Of a DNA stretch of 64,000 nt, positions 11,234 to 21,800 are shown one piece after another; the first letter of the stretch is position 1, and each line of letters begins with the position of its first letter. Below the pieces are notes generated by a model. The model was not told the origin of the DNA. It ran no database searches and saw only the letters and a program-made list of their open reading frames with translations. The stretch comes from an uncultured Actinomycetes bacterium (GTDB lineage Bacteria > Actinomycetota > Actinomycetes > Streptosporangiales > Streptosporangiaceae): contig CAWEFK010000012.1 of assembly GCA_963808315.1 (NCBI GenBank), positions 16,274 to 80,273 on the forward strand. Reading direction: 5' to 3'. A program made the translations under genes and the position numbers.

Positions 11234-12126
11234 GCACGATCAACGTCTGGACGGACCGGCAAGCAGCGAGGATAGCCATGGCGATCATGCACGTTACCGA
11301 TTTCACAACGGTCATCGAGGGTCTTGACCACCCAGAGTGCGTCAGCTGGGGTCGTGATGGATACCTGTACGCCGGCGGTGAAGGCGGGCAGATCTACCGG
11401 ATGACGAGCGAGGGAAAGGAACTCGCCGAGATCGCGAACACCGGCGGGGTCGTCCTGGGCATTTGCCTGGACGGCGCCGGAAACGTCTACGCGTGCGATC
11501 CTGCTAATGCGGCGGTCATGCGGATCACGCCCGACGGCGAGGTCAGCGAGTATTCACACGGCGTCCCTGAGCGGCGGATGGTCACCCCGAACTACGCGGT
11601 CTTCGACAGCGCGGGGAACTTGTACGTCTCCGACTCGGGTACTTGGCGCGGCAAGGACGGCTGCTGCTGGGTCATCCGTCCCGGCGGGACTACCGACCTC
11701 ATCGACACGAGCCTGTCAGAGTTTCCGAACGGCCTCGCCCTCGACCCCGGGGGTGAGTACCTGTACCTGGCGATGTCCACGGCGTCGAGCGTGGCGAGGC
11801 TGCCGGTAAGCAACGGGCGTATCGCCGGGCCGGCCGAGACCGCGGTGACCCTCGATCATGCCATTCCCGACGGCCTCGCGTTCGACCGCGATGGCACCCT
11901 CTACATCGGCTGCTACACCCCGGACGTGATCTACCGGTTCGCCGGCGGAGAGCTTGAGACCCTGGCCTTCGACTGGGAGCGTTTCACCCTGGCCAGTCCC
12001 GTTAATCTAACCTTCGGCGGCCCGGACCTACAGACCCTGTATGTCGCCAGCTTTTCCCGCTGGCATCTGAGCAAGGCCCAGCTGACTGTGCCAGGCAACC
12101 CCTACCACTACCCGGTACTGACCTGA
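11230..12126 (+). CDS. SMP-30/gluconolactonase/LRE (strictosidine-synthase-like) six-bladed propeller protein
   Basis: ATG 11230 overlaps the epoxide hydrolase stop (ATGA) and lies in the frame of track ORF 10873..12126. Repeated G.LY..D blades: [49 protein letters not shown]. Confidence 0.8.
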   Translation: MSTINVWTDRQAARIAMAIMHVTDFTTVIEGLDHPECVSWGRDGYLYAGGEGGQIYRMTSEGKELAEIANTGGVVLGICLDGAGNVYACDPANAAVMRITPDGEVSEYSHGVPERRMVTPNYAVFDSAGNLYVSDSGTWRGKDGCCWVIRPGGTTDLIDTSLSEFPNGLALDPGGEYLYLAMSTASSVARLPVSNGRIAGPAETAVTLDHAIPDGLAFDRDGTLYIGCYTPDVIYRFAGGELETLAFDWERFTLASPVNLTFGGPDLQTLYVASFSRWHLSKAQLTVPGNPYHYPVLT

Positions 12127-12298
12127 GTCCCGGCTCCGGCTGGCCAGGCACGATTTCACGTGTGCTGCCTTTCCGGCCAGGTCGTGAGAATGCCCTCCAG
12201 ACAGCCAAGTGCGCATTCTGAAAGTGGGGACCGGGGCCACCTGCTAGCTACCGTGAAGCTGCCATGAGCATATCGGTCAACCTTTTGGAGGTAAGTCC

Positions 12299-13582
12299 AT
12301 GGGCGCGCAGTGCCCCTACGTCCTTGACACCACGGGTAAGGACGTCCACGCCGAGATCGCCCGGCTGCGGACCCAAGGGCCGGTGGCTCGTGTGGAGCTT
12401 CCCGGCGGGATACTCGCCTGGGAGGTGACCAGCTACGCGCTGGTAAAGCAGGTGCTGTCCGATCCCCGGTTCCAGAAGGATGCCAGGAAGCACTGGCCTA
12501 CTTACATCAACGGCCAGCTTCCGGACAAGTGGCCGCTGATTAACTGGGTGGAAATGGAAAACATGGAAACCCGGGACGGCGAAGATCACAACCGGCTGCG
12601 CCGCCTGATCTCAAAGGCGTTCACACCGCGCCGGGTCGAATCAACTCGGCCGCTCATTGAGAAGATTGCGGATGACTTGCTCGACGGCCTCGCCTCGACC
12701 CCGGCTGATCAGCCCGCGGACGTCAAGGGAGGGTACACCTTCCCGCTTCCCGCTTATGTCATCTGCGCTCTCTTCGGGGTACCGGAATCCGATCGAGACG
12801 CCGTACTCTATGGCGGCCAGGTCAACGCCAGCACGAATTACAGCGGCGAGGAGGTAGCGGCCAGCATCGAACAGTGGCACCAGGCCATGCAAGATCTAGT
12901 CGCCACCAAGCACCTGCAGTCCGCGAATGACCTCACTAGCGCGCTCATCGCGGCCAGGGAAGAAGACGGATCCCGGCTAACCGATGAGGAACTGGTCGGG
13001 ACACTGCACCTGATCCTGGGCGCTGGCTCGGAGACGGTGATGAATCTGCTCACGCACGCCGTCATCAAGCTACTTATCCATCCCGGCCAGCGTGAAAAAC
13101 TGATCAGCGGCGAGGTGGGCTGGGATTCGCTGTTTGACGAGACGATGCGAGTCGAATCACCGGTAGCCCAATTGCCATTCCGGTTCGCCGTGGAGGACGT
13201 CACCATCGGGGATGCCACGATCCGGAAGGGCGAGCCGGTGCTCGTCGGCTTCGCTGGCGCGGGACGCGATCCGGCTGTGCACGGTGACACCGCGGACGTC
13301 TTCGACATCACCCGGCCGAACAAGACGCATCTGTCGTTCGGCCATGGCACCCACTTCTGCCTGGGCGCGCCGCTCGCCCGGCTGGAGGTGGCGATCGCGC
13401 TGCCGCGTCTGTTCGAGCGCTTTCCTGACATGCAGCTGGCGGTGGCCCCCCAAGATCTGGAACCGCAGGGCACGTTCATCATGAACGGCCACGGCAAGCT
13501 GCCCATCTACCTGACGCCGGCTGCTGGACGCCAAGCTGGCCTGGCGCGAGCGACGGGGATGGCCCAGTTATTCAGGAGCTAG
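12299..13582 (+). CDS. Cytochrome P450, paralogue of 8808..10052
   Basis: ILGAGSETV, ETMR, FGHGTHFCLG. By eye it is collinear with the first P450 along its whole length. Confidence 0.95.
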   Translation: MGAQCPYVLDTTGKDVHAEIARLRTQGPVARVELPGGILAWEVTSYALVKQVLSDPRFQKDARKHWPTYINGQLPDKWPLINWVEMENMETRDGEDHNRLRRLISKAFTPRRVESTRPLIEKIADDLLDGLASTPADQPADVKGGYTFPLPAYVICALFGVPESDRDAVLYGGQVNASTNYSGEEVAASIEQWHQAMQDLVATKHLQSANDLTSALIAAREEDGSRLTDEELVGTLHLILGAGSETVMNLLTHAVIKLLIHPGQREKLISGEVGWDSLFDETMRVESPVAQLPFRFAVEDVTIGDATIRKGEPVLVGFAGAGRDPAVHGDTADVFDITRPNKTHLSFGHGTHFCLGAPLARLEVAIALPRLFERFPDMQLAVAPQDLEPQGTFIMNGHGKLPIYLTPAAGRQAGLARATGMAQLFRS

Positions 13583-13587
13583 CAATT

Positions 13588-13623
13588 ATGTACCTTGACG
13601 GTTACGTAACTAACTTGGTACAT
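13588..13623. promoter_or_regulatory. Palindromic operator-like site upstream of the ArsR gene
   Basis: ATGTACC (13588-94) and GGTACAT (13617-23) flank a perfect 10-bp palindrome GTTACGTAAC (13601-10) with 6-nt spacers on both sides. A TTGACG hexamer lies inside. The site ends 8 nt before the ArsR start. Confidence 0.4.
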
Positions 13624-13630
13624 TAATGCT

Positions 13631-13957
13631 ATGGAAGCCGCGCTGCGGGCACTGGCCGACGAGAGCCGGCGGACAATGCTTGAGACCTTGACCGGCGGTC
13701 CGGCCACTGCGGGTGAGCTGGCGGCGCTGCTGCCGATCGCCCGGCCCGGGGTATCGCGGCACCTGCGGGTGCTGCGGGAGGCGGGGCTGGTCGAGGTCCG
13801 CCGGGAGGGGCAGCGGCGGATCTACAGCCTCCGCCCGCAGCCGCTCGCCGAGATCGACCAATGGCTGGGTCGGTACCATTCCCTGTGGGAGCAGCGGCTG
13901 GATGCCCTGCACACCGAGATAGCCCGGCGCCAACACGAGCGAAGGAGCACCAGATGA
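13631..13957 (+). CDS. ArsR/SmtB-family transcriptional regulator
   Basis: LADESRRTMLETL...ATAGELAALLPIARPGVSRHLRVLREAGLV...REGQRRIYSL. Confidence 0.9.
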   Translation: MEAALRALADESRRTMLETLTGGPATAGELAALLPIARPGVSRHLRVLREAGLVEVRREGQRRIYSLRPQPLAEIDQWLGRYHSLWEQRLDALHTEIARRQHERRSTR

Positions 13958-14472
13958 CCGGCAACGCACAGGCGGGTACCCGCATCCTGGGCAGCCTGCG
14001 GTCAGCAGACGGCAAAGGCATCGTGCGCATGGAAGACCGCTTCGACACCGGGATCGACGACGTGTGGTCGGCCCTGACTGATCCCAGCCGTCTGGTCCGC
14101 TGGCTCGGAGAGGTGGAGGGCGACCTGCGCCAGGGCGGTGAGTACCGCTTCCACTTTTTCGCCACCGGATCCGAAGGCACCGGGCGGATAGAAGTGTGCG
14201 AGTCCCCGCGACGGCTGCTGCTGGCCCACGGTCTGGAGCAGCCGGACGTTAAGGTCATCGAGGCCGAGCTGACCGCCGACGGCGACCAGACCATCCTGGT
14301 CCTCGAGCAGCGCGGCTTGCCCGTGGACCTGCTCGCCGCCTACGGGACGGGCGTTCAGATTCATGTCGAAGACCTCGCCGCCCACCTGGCCGGGCGTGAG
14401 CGCTGCGACGCCGACGCGCGGTGGGACGAACTCGAACCTGCCTATCAGGGTCTCGTCGTCAGCACCGACTAG
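13954..14472 (+). CDS. SRPBCC / Aha1-domain protein (usual ArsR partner)
   Basis: ATG 13954 overlaps the ArsR stop (ATGA) and has GAAGGAG upstream. Sequence DDVWSALTDPSRLVRWLGEVEGDLRQGGEYRF. Frame of track ORF 13861..14472. Confidence 0.85.
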   Translation: MTGNAQAGTRILGSLRSADGKGIVRMEDRFDTGIDDVWSALTDPSRLVRWLGEVEGDLRQGGEYRFHFFATGSEGTGRIEVCESPRRLLLAHGLEQPDVKVIEAELTADGDQTILVLEQRGLPVDLLAAYGTGVQIHVEDLAAHLAGRERCDADARWDELEPAYQGLVVSTD

Positions 14473-14551
14473 CACTGCAGCCACCAGGAAGACTCGGCGG
14501 AAGTCCGATCCGGACTTCCGCCGACGCGTGTGGGATGAGCACCGGGGATCG

Positions 14552-15826
14552 CTACGCGGCTTGCCGATCGATGGCGCGGGCCAGCCCACCGATGGTGGGG
14601 TCGTTCATGAAGCTCTGCAGGCTCACTTCGATGTCGAAGCGCTCGGCGATCAGGGCCAGGAGAATGGTGCCAAGCAGGGAGTGCCCGCCTAGGTCGAAGA
14701 AGCTGTCCCCCACGCCCACCTGGTCCACCCCCAGCACCTCGGCGAACAGCTCTTGCAACAGGTGCTCGCGAGGCGACGAGGGCTCTGCCTCGCCCCGCCC
14801 GGCGCCGAAGTCCGGGGCCGGCAGCGCCCGCCGGTCCAGCTTGCCGTTCACCGTCAGCGGCAGCGCATCCAGCACCACCACCGCTGCCGGAACCATGTAC
14901 TCAGGCAGCACGCGCGACACCGCGTCCCGCACCCGTCCCGGAACGACCTCCTTCCCCGGCACCGGCACCGCGTAGGCGACCAGCCGCTGATCACCTGGCC
15001 GGTCCTCCCGCACCACCACCGCCGCTTGGCCCACCGCGTCCAGGCTCAGCAGCACCGTCTCGATCTCGCCTAGCTCGATCCGGAAACCCCGGATCTTCAC
15101 CTGATGATCGAGTCGGCCCAGGTACTCCAGCTCTCCCTGCCGGTTCCACCGGGCCAGGTCCCCCGACCGGTACATCCGCTCCCCCGGCTCTCCGAACGGG
15201 CACGCTACGAACCGTCCGGCAGTCAGGCCCGGCCGTCCCAGGTACCCCCGAGCCACTCCCACGCCGGCTACGTACAATTCCCCCGTCACCCCCGGCGGAA
15301 CCAGCTCGAGTCGTTCGTCCAGCACGAATATCCGCAGGTCCGGAAACGGCACCCCGATGACGCTAGCCGTATCGTCGGTAGCACCGTCTACGACGTAACC
15401 AGTAGAGTGCACCGTCGTCTCAGTGATCCCGTACATGTTCACCAGGACCGGCCTGTGGTCGAGCCCTTGACGCCACCGCGCCACCCGGGTGCAATCCAGC
15501 GCCTCTCCTGCGAACACCACGTACCGCACCGCGAGCTCGGGGCCGTCTCGCCAGCAGTCCATCAGCTGATAGAACGCTGACGGCGTCTGAGTCAAGATCG
15601 TGACCCGCTCAGCCGCCAGCAGCTGCCTGAATTCCGTCGGCGACCGACTGACCAGATACGGGACCACCAGGAGCCGGCCACCGGTCGACAGTGGCCCCCA
15701 CATCTCCCACACCGAAAGATCGAACGCGTCGGAATGGAACAACGTCCACGTATCGGCGGCCCCGGAGTCAACCCACGGGCTGGCCATCGCCACCAGGCGA
15801 ACCATGCTGCGATGCTCCACCACCAC
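14552..15826 (-). CDS. NRPS piece 6: A4 (from the A3 core motif onward) and terminal T4
   Basis: Extending the frame upstream gives [27 protein letters not shown]. It continues [75 protein letters not shown]. It ends 424 aa after the track start, with no release domain. Confidence 0.9.
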   Translation of the reverse strand: MVVEHRSMVRLVAMASPWVDSGAADTWTLFHSDAFDLSVWEMWGPLSTGGRLLVVPYLVSRSPTEFRQLLAAERVTILTQTPSAFYQLMDCWRDGPELAVRYVVFAGEALDCTRVARWRQGLDHRPVLVNMYGITETTVHSTGYVVDGATDDTASVIGVPFPDLRIFVLDERLELVPPGVTGELYVAGVGVARGYLGRPGLTAGRFVACPFGEPGERMYRSGDLARWNRQGELEYLGRLDHQVKIRGFRIELGEIETVLLSLDAVGQAAVVVREDRPGDQRLVAYAVPVPGKEVVPGRVRDAVSRVLPEYMVPAAVVVLDALPLTVNGKLDRRALPAPDFGAGRGEAEPSSPREHLLQELFAEVLGVDQVGVGDSFFDLGGHSLLGTILLALIAERFDIEVSLQSFMNDPTIGGLARAIDRQAA

Positions 15827-18405
15827 CCCCTTAGGCCTGCCCGTTGACCCGGAGGTGTAGATGACATACGCCGGATGGGCCGGAACAGCGGTGCCAGCCT
15901 GTCCGCGTCGGTCAGGTCAGTTGCGGGCAACCCGGCGATCACAGCCGCACCGGCCTCCTCGTCCCCCACGACCACACACGGGATGTCCCCGGCCGTATCG
16001 CTTATCGGCACCGCAGCATCACGAATCAGCAATGCCGGGCGCGCCTGGGCGAGGATGTAGTCGATGCGGTCTGGCGGGCTGTCGACGTCGACGGGGAGGT
16101 AGGCGGCTCCTGTTTTCAGTATTGCCAGCAGTGCCGCGACCAGGTCGGCGGAGCGGTCCATGGCGATCGCGACCAGGTGGCCGGGGCCGGCGCCGAGTGC
16201 GATCAGGTGCCGGGCGAGCTGGTTGGACTGCTCGTCCAGCTGCCGGTAGGTCAGTTCCCGCTCACCGCAGACCACGGCGACCGCGTCCGGTGTCCGGGCC
16301 GCCTGCGCCCCGAACAGGTCAGGCAGCGTCAGCTCCGGCACCTCCCGCACCGGACCGCTCCACTCCGACAGCACCTGCCGCCGCTCCGCGCCGGACATGA
16401 CCGTCAGGGCGCTGACCGGCCGGCCCGGATCCGCCGCCACCTGGCGCAGCAAACCCACGAGCCGGCCGACCAGGTCCTGGATGGTGTCCCGGTCGAACAG
16501 GTCGGTGGCGTATTCGAGGGTGAGGTCGATGCCGGCCGGCCTGCCGTCATCGTCGTCCCGCTGGGTATACCCGACCGTGATGTCGAACTTCGCGACCTGT
16601 AGCATGACCGGTTCGGCCTGGGCCAGGACTCCGCCCGCCTGCCAGTGTTCCGAGCCGGTGTCATCGGAGGCGATCATCACCTGGAACAGCGGGTGGCGCG
16701 ATGCTGACCGGGCCGGGTTGAGCACTTCCACCAGCCGCTCGAACGGCACGTCCTGGTTAGCGTAGGCAGCCAGGTCAGTTTCCCTGACCCGGGCCAGCAG
16801 CTGCGCGAAACTGGGATCACCGGACACGTCGGTCCGCAGCACCAGGGTGTTCACGAAAAAGCCCACGAGGTCGTCCAGCGCCTCATCCGAACGTCCCGCC
16901 GCCACCGATCCCAGCGGGATATCCGTCCCTGCCCCGAGCCGGGACAGCAACGCGGCCAGCCCAGCCTGCAGCACCATGAACAACGTCGCGCCATGATCGC
17001 GTGCCACGCCCAGCAGCCGCGCATGAAGCCCGGGCTCCAGCCGCACGCCGACCGCGTCTCCCCGGTAACTAGGCACGGCCTGCCGCGGCCGGTCCAGGGG
17101 CAGGGCCAGTTCTTCTGGCAGGCCGTCCAGGGCCTGCCGCCAGTAGCCCACCTGGCTGGACAAGATGCCGTCCGTCTCCTGATCCCCGCCGAGCAGGGCA
17201 CGCTGCCACATCGTGTAGTCGGCATACTGCACCGGCAGGTCCGCCCACCCCGGCGCCTGCCCGGCCAGCCGGGCCCCGAATGCCTCGGCCAGGTCCCGCA
17301 CCAAGATCCCCATCGACCAGCCGTCACTGGCAATGTGATGCATCAGGAGCACCAGCACGTGCTCCTCATCATCGACCGTGAACAGCCACCCGCGGACCGG
17401 CAACTCCCGCGCCAGATCGAAGATATGACCCGCCGCCCGCTCCATCAGCCCCGGCAAGCCAGCCCGGTCAGCACGCACCACGGTGAGCTCGGGCACCGCC
17501 GCCCCCGCATCCACCACATGCTGGTAAGGCTCACCGCCCGCCACCGGGAATACCGTCCGCAGCGACTCATGCCGCCCCGCCACATCCGCCAGCGCGGCCC
17601 GCATCGCGTCCGCGTCCACCCGCCCCCGCAGCCGCCACGCGAACGGGACGTTATATGTCGTGCTCGGACCATGCAGCGCGGTAATGAACCACAGCCGCTG
17701 CTGGGCGAACGACAGCGGCAACCGCTCCGGCCGCACCGTCGCCACCAGCGACGGCAGCGACGGCAGCGCAACCCCAGTCCCCTCCACCGCGGCAGCCAGC
17801 CCCGCCACCGTCGGATGCGCGAACACATCCCCGATCCCGACCTGCACCCCCAGCACCGACGCCACCTTGCTGACCAGCCGCATCGCCAGCAGGGAATGCC
17901 CGCCAAGGTCGAAGAAACTGTCCTGCGCCCCGACCCCGGCCACGCCCAGCACCTCCGCGAACAGCCCGCACAACACCTCCTCCCGCGGCGACGACGGCGC
18001 CACCCCGCCCCGCCCGGCACCGAACTCCGGCGCCGGCAGCGCCCGCCGGTCCAGCTTCCCGTTCACCGTCAGCGGTAGCGCATCCAGCACCACCACCACC
18101 GCCGGCACCATGTACTCCGGCAGGACCCGCCCCACCCCGGCACGCAACCCGGCACCATCCAGCTGACCGCCAGCCACCGGCACCACATACCCCGCCAGCC
18201 GCTGATCCCCCGGCCGGTCCTCCCGCACCACCACCGCCGCCCCGGCGACGCCGGGCTGGGCCGCCAGCACCGCCTCAACCTCCCCCAGCTCGATCCGGAA
18301 CCCCCGCACCTTCACCTGATCATCAGCCCGGCCCAGATACTCCAGCTCACCCCGCCGGTTCCACCGGGCCACATCCCCGGTCCGGTACATCCGCTCCCCC
18401 GGCAC
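15592..18405 (-). CDS. NRPS piece 5: A3 C-terminal part, T3, C4 and the N-terminal third of A4
   Basis: [39 protein letters not shown] ... [10 protein letters not shown] ... [10 protein letters not shown] ... [17 protein letters not shown] ... [11 protein letters not shown]. The frame is lost near 15880; the tail [16 protein letters not shown] is junk. Confidence 0.9.
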   Translation of the reverse strand: MPGERMYRTGDVARWNRRGELEYLGRADDQVKVRGFRIELGEVEAVLAAQPGVAGAAVVVREDRPGDQRLAGYVVPVAGGQLDGAGLRAGVGRVLPEYMVPAVVVVLDALPLTVNGKLDRRALPAPEFGAGRGGVAPSSPREEVLCGLFAEVLGVAGVGAQDSFFDLGGHSLLAMRLVSKVASVLGVQVGIGDVFAHPTVAGLAAAVEGTGVALPSLPSLVATVRPERLPLSFAQQRLWFITALHGPSTTYNVPFAWRLRGRVDADAMRAALADVAGRHESLRTVFPVAGGEPYQHVVDAGAAVPELTVVRADRAGLPGLMERAAGHIFDLARELPVRGWLFTVDDEEHVLVLLMHHIASDGWSMGILVRDLAEAFGARLAGQAPGWADLPVQYADYTMWQRALLGGDQETDGILSSQVGYWRQALDGLPEELALPLDRPRQAVPSYRGDAVGVRLEPGLHARLLGVARDHGATLFMVLQAGLAALLSRLGAGTDIPLGSVAAGRSDEALDDLVGFFVNTLVLRTDVSGDPSFAQLLARVRETDLAAYANQDVPFERLVEVLNPARSASRHPLFQVMIASDDTGSEHWQAGGVLAQAEPVMLQVAKFDITVGYTQRDDDDGRPAGIDLTLEYATDLFDRDTIQDLVGRLVGLLRQVAADPGRPVSALTVMSGAERRQVLSEWSGPVREVPELTLPDLFGAQAARTPDAVAVVCGERELTYRQLDEQSNQLARHLIALGAGPGHLVAIAMDRSADLVAALLAILKTGAAYLPVDVDSPPDRIDYILAQARPALLIRDAAVPISDTAGDIPCVVVGDEEAGAAVIAGLPATDLTDADRLAPLFRPIRRMSSTPPGQRAGLRGWWWSIAAWFAWWRWPARGLTPGPPIRGRCSIPTRSIFRCGRCGGHCRPVAGSWWSRIWSVGRRRNSGSCWRLSGSRS

Positions 18406-18594
18406 CCCCGAACGGGCACGCCACGAACCGCTCCCCGGTCAGCCCCGGCCGCCCCAGATACCCCCGCGCCAGCCCCGCACCCGCCACATACAACTCCCCC
18501 GCCACCCCCGGCGGCACCAACCCCAGCCCCTCATCCAGCACGAACACCCGCGTATTCGCGATAGGCCGCCCAATCGGCACCACCCCGTGGCCGG
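16051..18594 (-). repeat. NRPS module-scale repeat, copy A (2544 bp)
   Basis: Identical to 19246..21788 at an offset of 3195 bp, apart from a diverged hexamer near the left edge (about 16081-16086), 2 substitutions (near 16468 and 17085) and 1 extra G (18401). Eight antisense and sense track ORFs are duplicated with exactly this offset. Confidence 0.95.
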
Positions 18595-18784
18595 GAACCC
18601 GGTCATCTGGCCGTACCGGGTAGGAAACACAGCCGACCGTAGCCTCGGTCGGCCCGTACTCGTTGACTACCGTGAATCCTGGGTGGCCCAGCCGCCAGCC
18701 CTGCACATCCGAGCCTCGCACCGCCTCCCCGCCGAGCATGAGCTTCCCCGCTGGAGCGCACCGCAGCTGAGCCGCGGCGAGCAT
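18347..18784 (-). CDS. NRPS piece 4: A3 core from [12 protein letters not shown] to [10 protein letters not shown]
   Basis: [66 protein letters not shown]. The frame is lost at the extra G at 18401. Confidence 0.85.
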   Translation of the reverse strand: MLAAAQLRCAPAGKLMLGGEAVRGSDVQGWRLGHPGFTVVNEYGPTEATVGCVSYPVRPDDRVPGHGVVPIGRPIANTRVFVLDEGLGLVPPGVAGELYVAGAGLARGYLGRPGLTGERFVACPFGGAGGADVPDRGCGPVEPAG

Positions 18785-18875
18785 CGGCAGATGGCTGGGC
18801 GTGACGTCGATGAAGGGGAAAGTCGCCGAAGACCGGCGCAGGCGGCAGCTCGTCTTTGACCACTCCCATGCACAC
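18603..18875 (-). CDS. NRPS piece 3: short in-frame stretch of the A3 core (meaningful only about 18817-18955)
   Basis: In this frame [47 protein letters not shown] continues piece 2. It contains the A4 motif FDAAV. Confidence 0.7.
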   Translation of the reverse strand: MCMGVVKDELPPAPVFGDFPLHRRHAQPSADARRGSAAVRSSGEAHARRGGGARLGCAGLAAGPPRIHGSQRVRADRGYGRLCFLPGTAR

Positions 18876-21800
18876 GCACCCGCCGGTCAGCAGCGGCCCG
18901 TAGAGCGCCGCTACCGCCGCGTCGAAGGAGACCGGGGTGAGCTGCAGGGCCAGGCCGGCGCAATTGCGGATGTTCCGCGACGCACCAAGCCAGATAGTTC
19001 ACCAGGCTCGCGTGCTCGATCACGACGCCCTTTGGCTTGCCTGTCGATCCGGAGGTGTAGATGACATATGCCGGGTGGCCTGGGCTGAGCGGCATATGCC
19101 GGTCCGCGTCGGACAGACCGGCACCTGGGTACCTGGCGATCTTCTCGCGCGACCGGGCGTCATCCAGTACCACGGTGGCGGCGGCGGCGCGGCACAGACC
19201 GGCGTAGCGGATGGTGGTCAACGCGTACCCAGCCTCGGCATCTGTGAGGATGTAGTCGATGCGGTCTGGCGGGCTAGTCGCGTCGACGGGGAGGTAGGCG
19301 GCTCCTGTTTTCAGTATTGCCAGCAGTGCCGCGACCAGGTCGGCGGAGCGGTCCATGGCGATCGCGACCAGGTGGCCGGGGCCGGCGCCGAGTGCGATCA
19401 GGTGCCGGGCGAGCTGGTTGGACTGCTCGTCCAGCTGCCGGTAGGTCAGTTCCCGCTCACCGCAGACCACGGCGACCGCGTCCGGTGTCCGGGCCGCCTG
19501 CGCCCCGAACAGGTCAGGCAGCGTCAGCTCCGGCACCTCCCGCACCGGACCGCTCCACTCCGACAGCACCTGCCGCCGCTCCGCGCCGGACATGACCGTC
19601 AGGGCGCTGACCGGCCGGCCCGGATCCGCCGCCACCTGGCGCAGCAAACCCACGAGCCTGCCGACCAGGTCCTGGATGGTGTCCCGGTCGAACAGGTCGG
19701 TGGCGTATTCGAGGGTGAGGTCGATGCCGGCCGGCCTGCCGTCATCGTCGTCCCGCTGGGTATACCCGACCGTGATGTCGAACTTCGCGACCTGTAGCAT
19801 GACCGGTTCGGCCTGGGCCAGGACTCCGCCCGCCTGCCAGTGTTCCGAGCCGGTGTCATCGGAGGCGATCATCACCTGGAACAGCGGGTGGCGCGATGCT
19901 GACCGGGCCGGGTTGAGCACTTCCACCAGCCGCTCGAACGGCACGTCCTGGTTAGCGTAGGCAGCCAGGTCAGTTTCCCTGACCCGGGCCAGCAGCTGCG
20001 CGAAACTGGGATCACCGGACACGTCGGTCCGCAGCACCAGGGTGTTCACGAAAAAGCCCACGAGGTCGTCCAGCGCCTCATCCGAACGTCCCGCCGCCAC
20101 CGATCCCAGCGGGATATCCGTCCCTGCCCCGAGCCGGGACAGCAACGCGGCCAGCCCAGCCTGCAGCACCATGAACAACGTCGCGCCATGATCGCGTGCC
20201 ACGCCCAGCAGCCGCGCATGAAGCCCGGGCTCCAGCCGCACGCCGACCGCGTCTCCCCGGTAACTAGGCACGGCCGGCCGCGGCCGGTCCAGGGGCAGGG
20301 CCAGTTCTTCTGGCAGGCCGTCCAGGGCCTGCCGCCAGTAGCCCACCTGGCTGGACAAGATGCCGTCCGTCTCCTGATCCCCGCCGAGCAGGGCACGCTG
20401 CCACATCGTGTAGTCGGCATACTGCACCGGCAGGTCCGCCCACCCCGGCGCCTGCCCGGCCAGCCGGGCCCCGAATGCCTCGGCCAGGTCCCGCACCAAG
20501 ATCCCCATCGACCAGCCGTCACTGGCAATGTGATGCATCAGGAGCACCAGCACGTGCTCCTCATCATCGACCGTGAACAGCCACCCGCGGACCGGCAACT
20601 CCCGCGCCAGATCGAAGATATGACCCGCCGCCCGCTCCATCAGCCCCGGCAAGCCAGCCCGGTCAGCACGCACCACGGTGAGCTCGGGCACCGCCGCCCC
20701 CGCATCCACCACATGCTGGTAAGGCTCACCGCCCGCCACCGGGAATACCGTCCGCAGCGACTCATGCCGCCCCGCCACATCCGCCAGCGCGGCCCGCATC
20801 GCGTCCGCGTCCACCCGCCCCCGCAGCCGCCACGCGAACGGGACGTTATATGTCGTGCTCGGACCATGCAGCGCGGTAATGAACCACAGCCGCTGCTGGG
20901 CGAACGACAGCGGCAACCGCTCCGGCCGCACCGTCGCCACCAGCGACGGCAGCGACGGCAGCGCAACCCCAGTCCCCTCCACCGCGGCAGCCAGCCCCGC
21001 CACCGTCGGATGCGCGAACACATCCCCGATCCCGACCTGCACCCCCAGCACCGACGCCACCTTGCTGACCAGCCGCATCGCCAGCAGGGAATGCCCGCCA
21101 AGGTCGAAGAAACTGTCCTGCGCCCCGACCCCGGCCACGCCCAGCACCTCCGCGAACAGCCCGCACAACACCTCCTCCCGCGGCGACGACGGCGCCACCC
21201 CGCCCCGCCCGGCACCGAACTCCGGCGCCGGCAGCGCCCGCCGGTCCAGCTTCCCGTTCACCGTCAGCGGTAGCGCATCCAGCACCACCACCACCGCCGG
21301 CACCATGTACTCCGGCAGGACCCGCCCCACCCCGGCACGCAACCCGGCACCATCCAGCTGACCGCCAGCCACCGGCACCACATACCCCGCCAGCCGCTGA
21401 TCCCCCGGCCGGTCCTCCCGCACCACCACCGCCGCCCCGGCGACGCCGGGCTGGGCCGCCAGCACCGCCTCAACCTCCCCCAGCTCGATCCGGAACCCCC
21501 GCACCTTCACCTGATCATCAGCCCGGCCCAGATACTCCAGCTCACCCCGCCGGTTCCACCGGGCCACATCCCCGGTCCGGTACATCCGCTCCCCCGCACC
21601 CCCGAACGGGCACGCCACGAACCGCTCCCCGGTCAGCCCCGGCCGCCCCAGATACCCCCGCGCCAGCCCCGCACCCGCCACATACAACTCCCCCGCCACC
21701 CCCGGCGGCACCAACCCCAGCCCCTCATCCAGCACGAACACCCGCGTATTCGCGATAGGCCGCCCAATCGGCACCACCCCGTGGCCGGACAGCGGACCGC

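Noticed and set aside
16993-18078. 361-aa plus-strand ORF, with its twin at 20188..21273 and many other 60-290-aa ORFs on both strands between 14.5 and 26.7 kb
   Set aside because: They are antisense or out-of-frame shadows of the NRPS coding frame. They are extremely Arg/Pro/Gly-rich ([17 protein letters not shown]) with no recognisable motifs. Such long spurious ORFs are expected at about 75% GC.
16051-21788. Whether the 2.5-kb near-identical repeats are copies of an insertion sequence or transposon
   Set aside because: Both copies are in frame within the NRPS reading frame and encode A-T-C-A domain sequence. They carry no transposase or terminal inverted repeats.
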